Shown here in pieces: positions 31,981-40,892 of a stretch of 64,000 bases of DNA. The number at the start of each line of letters is the position of its first letter. The stretch's first letter is position 1. The translations under genes were made by a program, and so were the position numbers. Source of the DNA: Candidatus Methanomethylicia archaeon. GTDB taxonomy: Archaea; Thermoproteota; Methanomethylicia; Culexarchaeales; Culexarchaeaceae. The notes beneath the pieces were generated by a model. It searched no databases, had not been told where the DNA came from, and was given only the letters and a program-made list of their open reading frames with translations. The stretch is from NCBI GenBank assembly GCA_038727515.1, contig JAVYVS010000005.1, positions 32,001-96,000 on the forward strand. Direction: 5' to 3'.

Positions 31981-34194
31981 TTGGTTAAGTATAAAACTAC
32001 TGAACAAATATTGAAGATAATGGATGCATTAGATAATGTTAGAAATATCGGTACTTTAGCGCATGTTGATCATGGTAAAACTACTTTGTCTGATTCTCTT
32101 CTAATGGCTGCAGGTCTTATTTCTCCCAAAGTTGCTGGTAAAGCTCTCGCTTTAGATTATGTTCCAATAGAGCAAATGAGGCAGATGACTGTTAAAGCTG
32201 CCAATGTTTCTCTTTACCATGAATATAATGGAAATGAATATTTAATTAATCTTGTTGATACTCCTGGGCATGTTGATTTTACAGGTCATGTTACGAGGTC
32301 GTTGAGGGTTATGGATGGTGCTATAGTAGTTGTTGATGCAGTTGAAGGTGTTATGACACAAACAGAAACTGTTGTTAGACAGGGATTAGAAGAAAGAGTT
32401 CGTCCACTTCTATATGTAAATAAAATTGATAGATTAATTAGAGAACTCAAGCTTACTCCAGAAGAAGTTCAACATAAATTATTAGAGATAATTAGAGATT
32501 TTAATAATTTAATTGATTTATATGCTGAACCAGAATTTAAAGAATTATGGAAGATCAATCCTTTAAAGGGGCAGATGGCATTTGGTTCTGCATTACATAA
32601 ATGGGGGCTAACAATACCCATAGCGCAAAAAGCTGGAATTAAGTTTAGTGAAATAGTTAAAGCTTATGAGAAAGGACCTGAAGAAGTGGCTCATTTAGCT
32701 GAAGATTTCCCATTATATAGAGCAATTTTAGATATGGTTGTTCAACATGTTCCAAGTCCAAGAGTGGCTCAAAAATATAGAATACCTAAGCTTTGGCGTG
32801 GAGATATAGATAGTGAAATTGGGCAATCTATGCTTAAATGCGACCCTAAAGGTCCTCTAGTTGTTTGTGTAAGTAAGATAGTTGTGGACCCTCATGCGGG
32901 TCTTGTAGCTACAGGTAGAGTTTTCAGTGGAATGGTTAATAGTGGTGATGAAGTTTACTTACTAATGGCAAAGAGAGCTGGCAGAATTCAGCAAGTAGGT
33001 TTATACATGGGGCCTTACAGAGAAGTTGTAGATAGAGTTCTTGCTGGAAACATTGTTGCTATTCTTGGTTTAGACGATGCTAGAGCTGGTGAAACCATAG
33101 TTGATGTTAACTATAAGGATGTTATGTTTCCCTTTGAAAAATTGGTTTATATAAGTGAACCTGTAGTTACTGTTGCTCTTGAACCTAAGAAAAGCGCTGA
33201 ACTTCCACGTTTAGTAGATACTTTAAGGAAAATGGCTATAGAAGATCCAACATTACACGTAAAAATAAATGAGGAAACCGGAGAATATTTGATTAGTGGT
33301 ATGGGGACGTTACATCTAGAAATTGCTTTATGGGATTTACAGCAACGAACCGGTGGAATAGATATAGAGGTATCTCCTCCTATAGTGGTTTATAGAGAAA
33401 GTATTAAGGGTTCTGCTGGACCTATAGAAGGTAAATCTCCAAATAGGCATAACCGGATATACATTAGTATTGAACCTCTTGATGAAAATACTTTAAGATT
33501 ACTTAGTACTGGTGCTGTTTATGATGATCAAGATTGGCGTACAAGAGCAAAGATTCTACGTTCTGAAGCTGGATGGGATGCTGATGAAGCTAGGGGTATA
33601 ATGGCTATTGATGAGCATCTAAACATATTTGTAGATGTAACTAAGGGTATTCAATATCTAAGGGATATTAGAGAAACACTTATATCTGCCTTTAGATGGG
33701 CTATGGAGGCTGGACCATTGGCCCATGAACCTATTAGGGGAGTTAAAGTTAAATTAGTTGATGCAATGGTTCATGAAGATCCAGCTCATAGGGGGCCTGC
33801 TCAAATAATGCCTGCAACTAGAAATGCTATTTTTGCAGCTTTCCTTTCTGCTTCTCCAATAATTTTGGAACCCGTTTTAAAAATGGATGCAAAAGTTCCA
33901 CAGGAATTCGTCAGTGGATTACTTCGAGTAATAACCTCTAAACGTGGTAAAATAATAAGTATGGAAGATCAAAAGCTTCTAATGTTTGTTAAATGTCATA
34001 TACCTGTTTCGGAAACCTTTGATTTATCAGATCAGATTAGAGGTGCAACTCAGGGTAGATGTTTCTGGAGTACAGAATTTTCACATTGGAGCCCATTACC
34101 TCAACAATTAGCTGAAGATGTAATTAGACAAATTAGAAAGAGAAAGGGATTACCTATGAATCCACCAAAAGTTGAAGATTTCTTAACTCCATAA
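31981..34194 (+). CDS. fusA: Elongation factor EF-2
   Basis: AHVDHGKT, DTPGHVDF, NKID, diphthamide loop HEDPAHRGPAQ; TTG start after GGAGGG. Confidence 0.98.
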   Translation: MVKYKTTEQILKIMDALDNVRNIGTLAHVDHGKTTLSDSLLMAAGLISPKVAGKALALDYVPIEQMRQMTVKAANVSLYHEYNGNEYLINLVDTPGHVDFTGHVTRSLRVMDGAIVVVDAVEGVMTQTETVVRQGLEERVRPLLYVNKIDRLIRELKLTPEEVQHKLLEIIRDFNNLIDLYAEPEFKELWKINPLKGQMAFGSALHKWGLTIPIAQKAGIKFSEIVKAYEKGPEEVAHLAEDFPLYRAILDMVVQHVPSPRVAQKYRIPKLWRGDIDSEIGQSMLKCDPKGPLVVCVSKIVVDPHAGLVATGRVFSGMVNSGDEVYLLMAKRAGRIQQVGLYMGPYREVVDRVLAGNIVAILGLDDARAGETIVDVNYKDVMFPFEKLVYISEPVVTVALEPKKSAELPRLVDTLRKMAIEDPTLHVKINEETGEYLISGMGTLHLEIALWDLQQRTGGIDIEVSPPIVVYRESIKGSAGPIEGKSPNRHNRIYISIEPLDENTLRLLSTGAVYDDQDWRTRAKILRSEAGWDADEARGIMAIDEHLNIFVDVTKGIQYLRDIRETLISAFRWAMEAGPLAHEPIRGVKVKLVDAMVHEDPAHRGPAQIMPATRNAIFAAFLSASPIILEPVLKMDAKVPQEFVSGLLRVITSKRGKIISMEDQKLLMFVKCHIPVSETFDLSDQIRGATQGRCFWSTEFSHWSPLPQQLAEDVIRQIRKRKGLPMNPPKVEDFLTP

Positions 34195-34196
34195 AT

Positions 34197-35300
34197 TTAA
34201 AATTTTACAGTCCATTTTCCTCTTTCATATAATTCCATTGGCAATTTCTTCTCCTTTTTTACTTTCCTATCAATTAAACCAATACTGCAATCCTTTATTA
34301 TTCCTATTTTCTTCATAATTATCAATGCTTTGTTTAATTCTATAATTTGGTCTAATGGTACGTAATTGTATATTACTACTATGTTGTTTTCTAAGTTTAT
34401 TAATGCTCTACTTGTAAATGGCTTTCCCTCAAGTGAAGCTAAGAATGTGCACATATTTTTTCTACTTGTAAATTGAATTTGGGTTAATATATGTGCTGAT
34501 ATTTCTTCTGGATATAGTTTTAACTCTGCTTCATACCCTTTTATAATGTCGTATTTAATTAAATGTTTATAATAGTGGTATCGTATTGTTGGTGGAGTAA
34601 CCCCCATTTCACTTGCAATTTCTTTAAATGAAGTTTCAGCGTCTTCTTCTAGTTTCCTTATTATGAAGACATCTGGTTTATCTAATACCATATATTCTTC
34701 ACTTTTTATTAATGGTACTTCTATCTCTTTACCATGGATTACTTCATCTATCCATTCCTCCCATTTAAAATCCCATTTTCTTTCTTCATCATTAAACCAG
34801 TCAATATTTGGTTTTGTGTTATACTCTATTGGGTTTGTATTTATATAAGTGATCTTTATGTTGCCTTCTTTTTCTAATGACCTAATAAATTTATTGAATT
34901 CACTTATGGCTTCTTTAGGTATATTATAATATGCATGCCAATATGTATCCATTTGCACATAGTATTTTTCGATTCTTCTCCAATAGTCTATACGTTCTAA
35001 ATCTGTCTCTAATCTTATCTCTCCTTTTTCACTTTCGTCTTTAAAAATTATCTCTATTGGTTGTAACCCAATGTTTCTTACATTTATCTTTACTTTTAGT
35101 TTTAATATGTTCCTGCCTGTTAATTTGTCATAATAATAGTGGACTAATGCAGGTGACATTTCAGCCTTTTTTGCCAATAATGATAGGTTGTTTGTTCCTG
35201 TTTCATGTAGAGTTTTTATTATCTTTTGACAATTTTTATCTATTGCTTTAGAATATTTCCTGAAACTTTGACTTTCTCTCCAATCGAACATTGCAATCAA
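34197..35300 (-). CDS. Tandem Lrp/AsnC-like wHTH transcription regulator
   Basis: Two HTH modules (NLSLLAKKAEMSPALV.YYY; LDKPD.FII..LEEDA..SFKEIASEMGVTPPTIRYH). Confidence 0.78.
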   Translation of the reverse strand: MIAMFDWRESQSFRKYSKAIDKNCQKIIKTLHETGTNNLSLLAKKAEMSPALVHYYYDKLTGRNILKLKVKINVRNIGLQPIEIIFKDESEKGEIRLETDLERIDYWRRIEKYYVQMDTYWHAYYNIPKEAISEFNKFIRSLEKEGNIKITYINTNPIEYNTKPNIDWFNDEERKWDFKWEEWIDEVIHGKEIEVPLIKSEEYMVLDKPDVFIIRKLEEDAETSFKEIASEMGVTPPTIRYHYYKHLIKYDIIKGYEAELKLYPEEISAHILTQIQFTSRKNMCTFLASLEGKPFTSRALINLENNIVVIYNYVPLDQIIELNKALIIMKKIGIIKDCSIGLIDRKVKKEKKLPMELYERGKWTVKF

Positions 35301-35356
35301 CTTTTTAATTTTTTATTTTGCATATTTTTAAAGGTTTTCTTTTTCTTTTTTACTTT

Positions 35357-35413
35357 TGGCTCAGAGCCTGTTGGCTCATCATTGTTCAGCCCTTACACGC
35401 ATCGTCATAGCCA
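35357..35413 (-). ncRNA. Box C/D methylation-guide sRNA
   Basis: Minus strand reads TGGCT-ATGACGA(C)-TGCGTGTAAGGG-CTGA(D')-ACA-ATGATGA(C')-GCCAACAGGCT-CTGA(D)-GCCA; 12- and 11-nt guides; terminal TGGC/GCCA stem. Confidence 0.88.
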
Positions 35414-35452
35414 TGTATTTATTCAATCACCTTATTTTTATCTTTATTTTTG

Positions 35453-36535
35453 TTATTCCTCTATTCTATACCTTAGTATTGCTGCTATTCCTCCTAAAGA
35501 AAGGAGTTTCTTTCCAGCTTCACTTATTTCTGATATAATTCTAATTTCTCCACCTTGTCTTTCAACATCTTCTATTATTTCTTCTATTTTCTCCCTTTTT
35601 TCTCCATAACTTTTAAGCATTCTATTGGATATCATCAATGTTTTTACAGCACCAATTTTTGCAGCTTTATACGTTTCATTTAATCCATAGGTTGCCTTCC
35701 CCTTTTCTTTAGCTAAAATCTCTAAGTAGTCTTCCATAATTTTAGAGTCTTCAATCATTTTTATTTCTTTTAATGCTTTTAGTATGCTATTTTTCCTTAA
35801 TGCTTCATTTATTCCTCTTATTCCCCCATTTGATGTATCTTCGCTTATTAATATGATTTTATTCTTCATTTTCTGTATTTCCTTTGAAATTTCTGATGCT
35901 AATTTTTCTCTCAAGTAGTTTATTCCTACTACAACTATGGTTTTCATATTGTTTTTCTCAATAATTTCAGCAATTTTTTTCGCGAGTTCGTTTATTACTC
36001 TCTCCATTTTTTCTTCCCTCATTTTTTCTTCTCTTTTACTTGGCAATTTAAGTTGAATTTCAAGTTGTACGTCTATTCCATATTCTCTTATCACTCCTAT
36101 AGCTGCTTCTTCATCATCTATAGCTATTATTAGAACGTTTCTATTTTCACCTTTTATTTTACATTTTTCTTCTATTTGTTTTATTAAGGATTTAGTCCAT
36201 TTACTTTTTATTATTTTTATTTCGTCTGAAGCCTTTACATTTATCGTATGATAACTTCCTAAAAATCCATATTTTTCATATTCTTCCGGATGATATATTA
36301 TTACTCCATTGATTCTTAGCCTATTTGTAAATGGTTGAAATTCTACCTTTTCTACTTTTATCCCAATTTGCACATATTTTCTCACGCTTTCATCCCCTAT
36401 CTTTATTTCTCTTGTGGTTTTTGCATATACTTCATCATCTTTTTCAATTATAGTATCTAGTATCCAAAGGTCATCTTCATCTTCTATTTTCAATTGCAGT
36501 TCTCTACTTTTCTCATCCCATTTTATTATTTTCAT
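35453..36535 (-). CDS. pelA: mRNA surveillance protein Pelota
   Basis: DDLW.L, EFQPFTNRLRI.G, GSYHT, YG..E, LGGIAAILRY. Confidence 0.95.
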   Translation of the reverse strand: MKIIKWDEKSRELQLKIEDEDDLWILDTIIEKDDEVYAKTTREIKIGDESVRKYVQIGIKVEKVEFQPFTNRLRINGVIIYHPEEYEKYGFLGSYHTINVKASDEIKIIKSKWTKSLIKQIEEKCKIKGENRNVLIIAIDDEEAAIGVIREYGIDVQLEIQLKLPSKREEKMREEKMERVINELAKKIAEIIEKNNMKTIVVVGINYLREKLASEISKEIQKMKNKIILISEDTSNGGIRGINEALRKNSILKALKEIKMIEDSKIMEDYLEILAKEKGKATYGLNETYKAAKIGAVKTLMISNRMLKSYGEKREKIEEIIEDVERQGGEIRIISEISEAGKKLLSLGGIAAILRYRIEE

Positions 36536-36611
36536 TTTAATAACATCTTAATTATTCCAAATAGATATTAAAATTTTAAATTTTTGGTATATAACAATTT
36601 TATAGGTTACT

Positions 36612-37607
36612 TTGAGGGTAAAGCTTGACATTAATAAGGCAGCTGCTTTAGGTTGGCTTTTGAGCATATATGACTTTCCTATTAATTATTACTGTAATGA
36701 ACTTTTCTATCCCGTTTCATCATATGATGATGAAAACATTCTAAACTACTTTTTGTTTATGGTTCTTATGGATTATAATTTTCCCGATTCACATTTTTAT
36801 GGTTATATTGATGATGTTTACTATAGTGGGTCCCTACTTTTTTGGCGTTTAGGGAAAATTAGGTTTGATGATAATCCTGAATTCTTCTCTCTTGATTCGA
36901 TTGCCAGTTTAAAAGTTGATGAATTTAGAAGTATGTTTAATATTGGGCGTATTTATGGTGTTGATCTTTTAAATCTTAATTTAAGAGTTCAAATTTTAAG
37001 AGAGGTTGCTAATAAGATCTTAAAAGATTATAATGGTTCTTTTTACAATCTTATTGATGCTTCTTCCAATTATTTGTATTGTAATGGTTCTGGATTTATT
37101 GAGAGATTAAGTAAATTTAGGGGATTTAATGATCCAGTTGAATATAAAAGTTTACTTTTGGCTAAGATCCTCTTTAGACGTGGATTTTTATCGTTGAATG
37201 ATATTGACAATTTTCATGTGCCTGTTGAGAGTAAAATTCTTGTTTTTTCTTTAAGGTTTGGCTTAATTTATTTGGATGATGAATTTATGGATAGATTTTT
37301 AAGTGGATTAATAACTTTGTCTGAAGATTATGCTTTGAGAATTCGTATTAGGGAGGGATTAGATTTTACTTCTAAAATTTCGAAGAAGGATTCTATGCTA
37401 CTCCACGACTTTTTAGATATGTTTACATCTTATTGCTGTAAATTTTCTCATCCAAAATGTGTTTATAAGTGTGATGAAAAGTGTTCTTTATCCCTCTTTT
37501 TTAAATGTGATAGTAATTGTTTACTGAGGGGGTTATGTAGATTTTGTGGAACTGACTTAGTTAATAGGATACATAAACCAGCTATTCCTGATAGCATTTA
37601 TTATTAG
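36612..37607 (+). CDS. HhH-GPD / queuosine-salvage (Qng1)-like protein with Cys-rich C-terminus
   Basis: YF.FMV..DY, GS.L.W, F.GF.DPV..K..LL, VPV motif, Cys cluster; recognised from memory. Confidence 0.55.
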   Translation: MRVKLDINKAAALGWLLSIYDFPINYYCNELFYPVSSYDDENILNYFLFMVLMDYNFPDSHFYGYIDDVYYSGSLLFWRLGKIRFDDNPEFFSLDSIASLKVDEFRSMFNIGRIYGVDLLNLNLRVQILREVANKILKDYNGSFYNLIDASSNYLYCNGSGFIERLSKFRGFNDPVEYKSLLLAKILFRRGFLSLNDIDNFHVPVESKILVFSLRFGLIYLDDEFMDRFLSGLITLSEDYALRIRIREGLDFTSKISKKDSMLLHDFLDMFTSYCCKFSHPKCVYKCDEKCSLSLFFKCDSNCLLRGLCRFCGTDLVNRIHKPAIPDSIYY

Positions 37608-37623
37608 GGGGTTGTGTGGAAAC

Positions 37624-38442
37624 ATGTTTAATATTGGTGTTTCATCTCTATGTTTTATTTCAAAAAATTTTGAAGTTTTCATTGATTCTTTAAAATTTTC
37701 CAATATACGTTTTTGGGAGATTGTAGATGATGGTCCGCACTTTTTAGATTTAAATAAAATTTCCCTCCTTCTTAATGCTATTTCTAGTGAGGATATAATT
37801 TTTAGTTTGCATGCTCCATATACTTCAGTCAATATTTCTGCAACAAATTATAAAGTTAGAAAATTCAGTATGGATGTTTATATAGAGTCTGTGGAACATG
37901 CTCATGCTATAGGGTGTAAGTATATTGTTTTTCATCCAGGTTTATTGGATTCTTTTTCTTATTTATTTAATGATTTAAGAGATTCTGTAATTGAAAGTAT
38001 ATACTTTCTTTTATCTCTTGGTGATAAATGTGCTAGTTATGGTATAACTCCATTATTGGAGAATCTAGCTACTGAGAGATCCACTATCCTCTCCATTAAT
38101 AGTTTTAAGGATTTTCTAAGTAAATCCAGTAAGTTCATGGTTGCATTAGACATATCTCACGCTCATGTTATGGGTTTATTCAATGGATATTTAAATAACC
38201 TCCATAACAGAATTGCATATCTACATATTAGTGGTAATGATGATAAAGCTGATAGACATTGGCCTTTAAATGTTGGCTCTCAATATTGGAGGGGCTATCT
38301 TAAAGAAATTTTAAATTTTGGTTTTAATTGTCCTTTAATTATTGAAAATCTTTCATATTTTGATGCATTAAAAAGTTTGGATATTTTAAAATCTTTTTTC
38401 AAAAATGAGTTTTCCACGGAGTTTTTCCATATCTCCATATAA
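37624..38442 (+). CDS. Sugar phosphate isomerase/epimerase (AP endonuclease 2 TIM barrel)
   Basis: HAPY, FHPG, LEN, LD.SH, H.S.N...D.H, IE metal motifs. Confidence 0.88.
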   Translation: MFNIGVSSLCFISKNFEVFIDSLKFSNIRFWEIVDDGPHFLDLNKISLLLNAISSEDIIFSLHAPYTSVNISATNYKVRKFSMDVYIESVEHAHAIGCKYIVFHPGLLDSFSYLFNDLRDSVIESIYFLLSLGDKCASYGITPLLENLATERSTILSINSFKDFLSKSSKFMVALDISHAHVMGLFNGYLNNLHNRIAYLHISGNDDKADRHWPLNVGSQYWRGYLKEILNFGFNCPLIIENLSYFDALKSLDILKSFFKNEFSTEFFHISI

Positions 38443-39336
38443 CTCAATGATTTTCTTGTATTCTTCTTCATCATAAAATTTACAGATTCCATTCGTGTAA
38501 TCTTTAGCTACTTCTATACAGAATCTAGTGGCTTCTTCTAAGCTTTTTATATATGTAGCTCCAGTTGCACAACCAGCTACTGGTACTTCTGCTGTTATGG
38601 CTACACCTACCACTGGTGATTTTGTAGCTATCCATGGTTGCATTATACTATTTATGTGGTATATTCCATCTATGTATGGTGTTATATCTTGCATAGTTAT
38701 TGGAACTATATATGCTCTATGCCCAGTAACTCTCTCATAGATATTTATTAGATCATCGCTGACCTTTAGTATCCAACCATTTAATACCGTGGGTGTTATG
38801 GCAAAACCATTAACCTTTATGACTCTATTACCTTTCGTAGCGTCAACTGATAGTATTGCATCCATTCTTTCATCAACTTCATTAATGACCATTGTATACA
38901 TGTCTACTGGCGAATCCATAAATGGTACTGGTTTATGTGGTTTCGTTGGAGCTTTAGGGCATATATGTGTTGTTATTATTACATCTCCTTGTATTTTATC
39001 ACCTTTTTTCATGAGGTCTGCCAATTTAAATGCAGATGCTATTGCTACTATTGCTCCATCAGCATCTGATACTAAACCCAACATTTGAGGTCTAGCTCCC
39101 AATCCGCCAAGTCTACCGATGATTCCAAGCGTTGGTTTATTTCCACTTTTAGTTTTACCGTTTTCACCTTGTATAAGTATTTTTACTAAGTCTGTTTTCC
39201 CCCTTTTTCCCTCTATAGTTTTTACTTCTACTTCTTCTATTCCTCTTCTTCGGAGTTCATTTTCTATTTCAAATCCAGTTATATTGGCATTTTCAAGAAT
39301 ATCTATTGCTTCCATAACTTGTTTTAAGCATGATAT
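38386..39336 (-). CDS. DUF1177-family protein (probable ATA start at 39336; first ATG at 39315)
   Basis: GRLGG.GARP, VSDADGA, PVPFM.SP, DATKGNR, QDITPY, HINSI.QP. Confidence 0.85.
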   Translation of the reverse strand: MSCLKQVMEAIDILENANITGFEIENELRRRGIEEVEVKTIEGKRGKTDLVKILIQGENGKTKSGNKPTLGIIGRLGGLGARPQMLGLVSDADGAIVAIASAFKLADLMKKGDKIQGDVIITTHICPKAPTKPHKPVPFMDSPVDMYTMVINEVDERMDAILSVDATKGNRVIKVNGFAITPTVLNGWILKVSDDLINIYERVTGHRAYIVPITMQDITPYIDGIYHINSIMQPWIATKSPVVGVAITAEVPVAGCATGATYIKSLEEATRFCIEVAKDYTNGICKFYDEEEYKKIIELYGDMEKLRGKLIFEKRF

Positions 39337-39374
39337 TTTAAGTCACCTCCATAAATTCCCAATTAACTATTGAT

Positions 39375-39749
39375 TCAACTTTTAATTAAATTTTCAAATT
39401 TTGTTCCAGACTTATCCTCTTCCAAAATTTTTTTCACTTTATCCCAATCAACAAGTTCTAGTATTATCTTTTTAAGATGTATTTTGAGTTTTTCCGCTGT
39501 TTCTTCATATCCTAACCTACTAGAATTCCATGTTACAAATGGTGTATGAAATTCCGCTTTACTGAATTTTATGTTTCCATGTTCATTTAATTCAAATTTT
39601 ATCCATCCCAATTCCTTTAAGTAGCATAAATCATTTGGGCATAGTATATCTATTTCAAATGATTCTTTCCTTATGAAAACTAGCTTATATTGTTTAGGAT
39701 CTGAAATTTTCGTTCCACAAGGACATTGTATCTCTTCATCCAATGGCAT
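39375..39749 (-). CDS. Hypothetical protein with CxC...CxxxxC putative zinc site
   Basis: 124-aa ORF co-oriented with the DUF1177 gene. Confidence 0.72.
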   Translation of the reverse strand: MPLDEEIQCPCGTKISDPKQYKLVFIRKESFEIDILCPNDLCYLKELGWIKFELNEHGNIKFSKAEFHTPFVTWNSSRLGYEETAEKLKIHLKKIILELVDWDKVKKILEEDKSGTKFENLIKS

Positions 39750-39842
39750 ATCAATACATTATAAACCTTTTATTATAAATAGTTTATTAAGAATGATATT
39801 AGAAAAGTTTTAATTTTATGTTTGAAAAAGCTTATTTTAGTT

Positions 39843-39935
39843 GCGGCGGTGGTCTAGCCTGGACTAGGACACAGGCTTGCCGAGCCTGTTATCCATTTGG
39901 GACAGGAAACCCGGGTTCAAATCCCGGCCGCCGCA
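39843..39935 (+). tRNA. tRNA-Gly(GCC) with 18-nt intron (39891-39908) at position 45/46
   Basis: Acceptor GCGGCGG/CCGCCGC, anticodon arm CAGGC-TTGCCGA-GCCTG, T arm CCGGG-TTCAAAT-CCCGG; BHB motif in variable region; no encoded CCA. Confidence 0.95.
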
Positions 39936-40008
39936 TAATTTCTACATCATCTCGTACTGAACTTTTATTAATTTGGCACAGTATTTATTATTGTTAATGG
40001 TGGCATAA

Positions 40009-40890
40009 TTGAAATTGGTCATCGGCCCCTCATCACATGGTTTAGGTAAGTCTATATCTAAACTATTATCATTGGATATTGTTAATTTAGAGTGGAAGAT
40101 TTTTCCTGATGGTGAAAGTTATTTTAGATTTCTATCTAAGGTTGATGATGATATTATTTTAGTACATTCGTTATCTCCACCTCAGGATAAGAGGATTTTA
40201 GAATTGTTTTTTTTATTGAAAGGTTTACGTAGTTATGGCGCTAATGATGTAATATTAGTATTACCATATATTGCATACATGCGTCAAGACAAGAAGTTTC
40301 TTGAGGGGGAGATTATCAGTATTGAAGTTCTTGGGGAATTACTGAGTTTTTATGGTGTTAATAAATATGTGTTTGTTGATGTTCATAGTGAAGAGGTATT
40401 GAAATTTTTTAAGGGAAGGGTAATTGAAGTTTCAGCGTTTCCACTTTTTCGTAACATCCTTTTAATGTATAATCTTACTAATCCCTTTGTTTTAGCTCCA
40501 GATGCTAAAGCCTTGAAATATGCTGAGGTTGTAGCTCATGGTATTAATGCTGAATATGACTATGTCGTTAAGAAGAGGGATAGAAGCACTGGTGAAGTTG
40601 AATCTTATATTAAAGATTTGAATGTTAGTGGTAGAGATGTCATCTTAGTTGATGATATTATTAGTACTGGTGGAACTATTATTAATGCTACAAGAATTTT
40701 GAAGAAGTATGGTGTAAATAGAATTTTTGCATGTTGTACTCATGGTGTTTTTGTTGGTAATGCTATAACTAACATGTATAATGCTGGTGTTTATGAAATA
40801 ATATCTACTGATACCATTGAATCTTATTATAGCCGTGTATCTGTAGCACCAGTTATAGTTTCCGCAATAAAATCTTTAGTTGAAGGATAA
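40009..40890 (+). CDS. prs: Ribose-phosphate pyrophosphokinase
   Basis: FPDGE, PY.AY.RQD, VD.H, K.R, VDDIISTGGT, THG. Confidence 0.94.
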   Translation: MKLVIGPSSHGLGKSISKLLSLDIVNLEWKIFPDGESYFRFLSKVDDDIILVHSLSPPQDKRILELFFLLKGLRSYGANDVILVLPYIAYMRQDKKFLEGEIISIEVLGELLSFYGVNKYVFVDVHSEEVLKFFKGRVIEVSAFPLFRNILLMYNLTNPFVLAPDAKALKYAEVVAHGINAEYDYVVKKRDRSTGEVESYIKDLNVSGRDVILVDDIISTGGTIINATRILKKYGVNRIFACCTHGVFVGNAITNMYNAGVYEIISTDTIESYYSRVSVAPVIVSAIKSLVEG

Positions 40891-40892
40891 TT

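Noticed and set aside
31981-34194. EF-2 away from rps12/rps7, considered as a possible diphthamide-less paralogue
   Set aside because: HEDPAHRG motif and G motifs are canonical; unlinked EF-2 is common in Thermoproteota
35226-35609. Plus-strand ORFs spanning the pelA-regulator gap
   Set aside because: Shadow ORFs; the GC-rich core is explained by the C/D sRNA on the minus strand
39889-39910. Long variable arm suggesting a Ser/Leu/Sec-type tRNA with a Gly anticodon
   Set aside because: A perfect BHB explains it as an intron leaving a standard Gly variable loop
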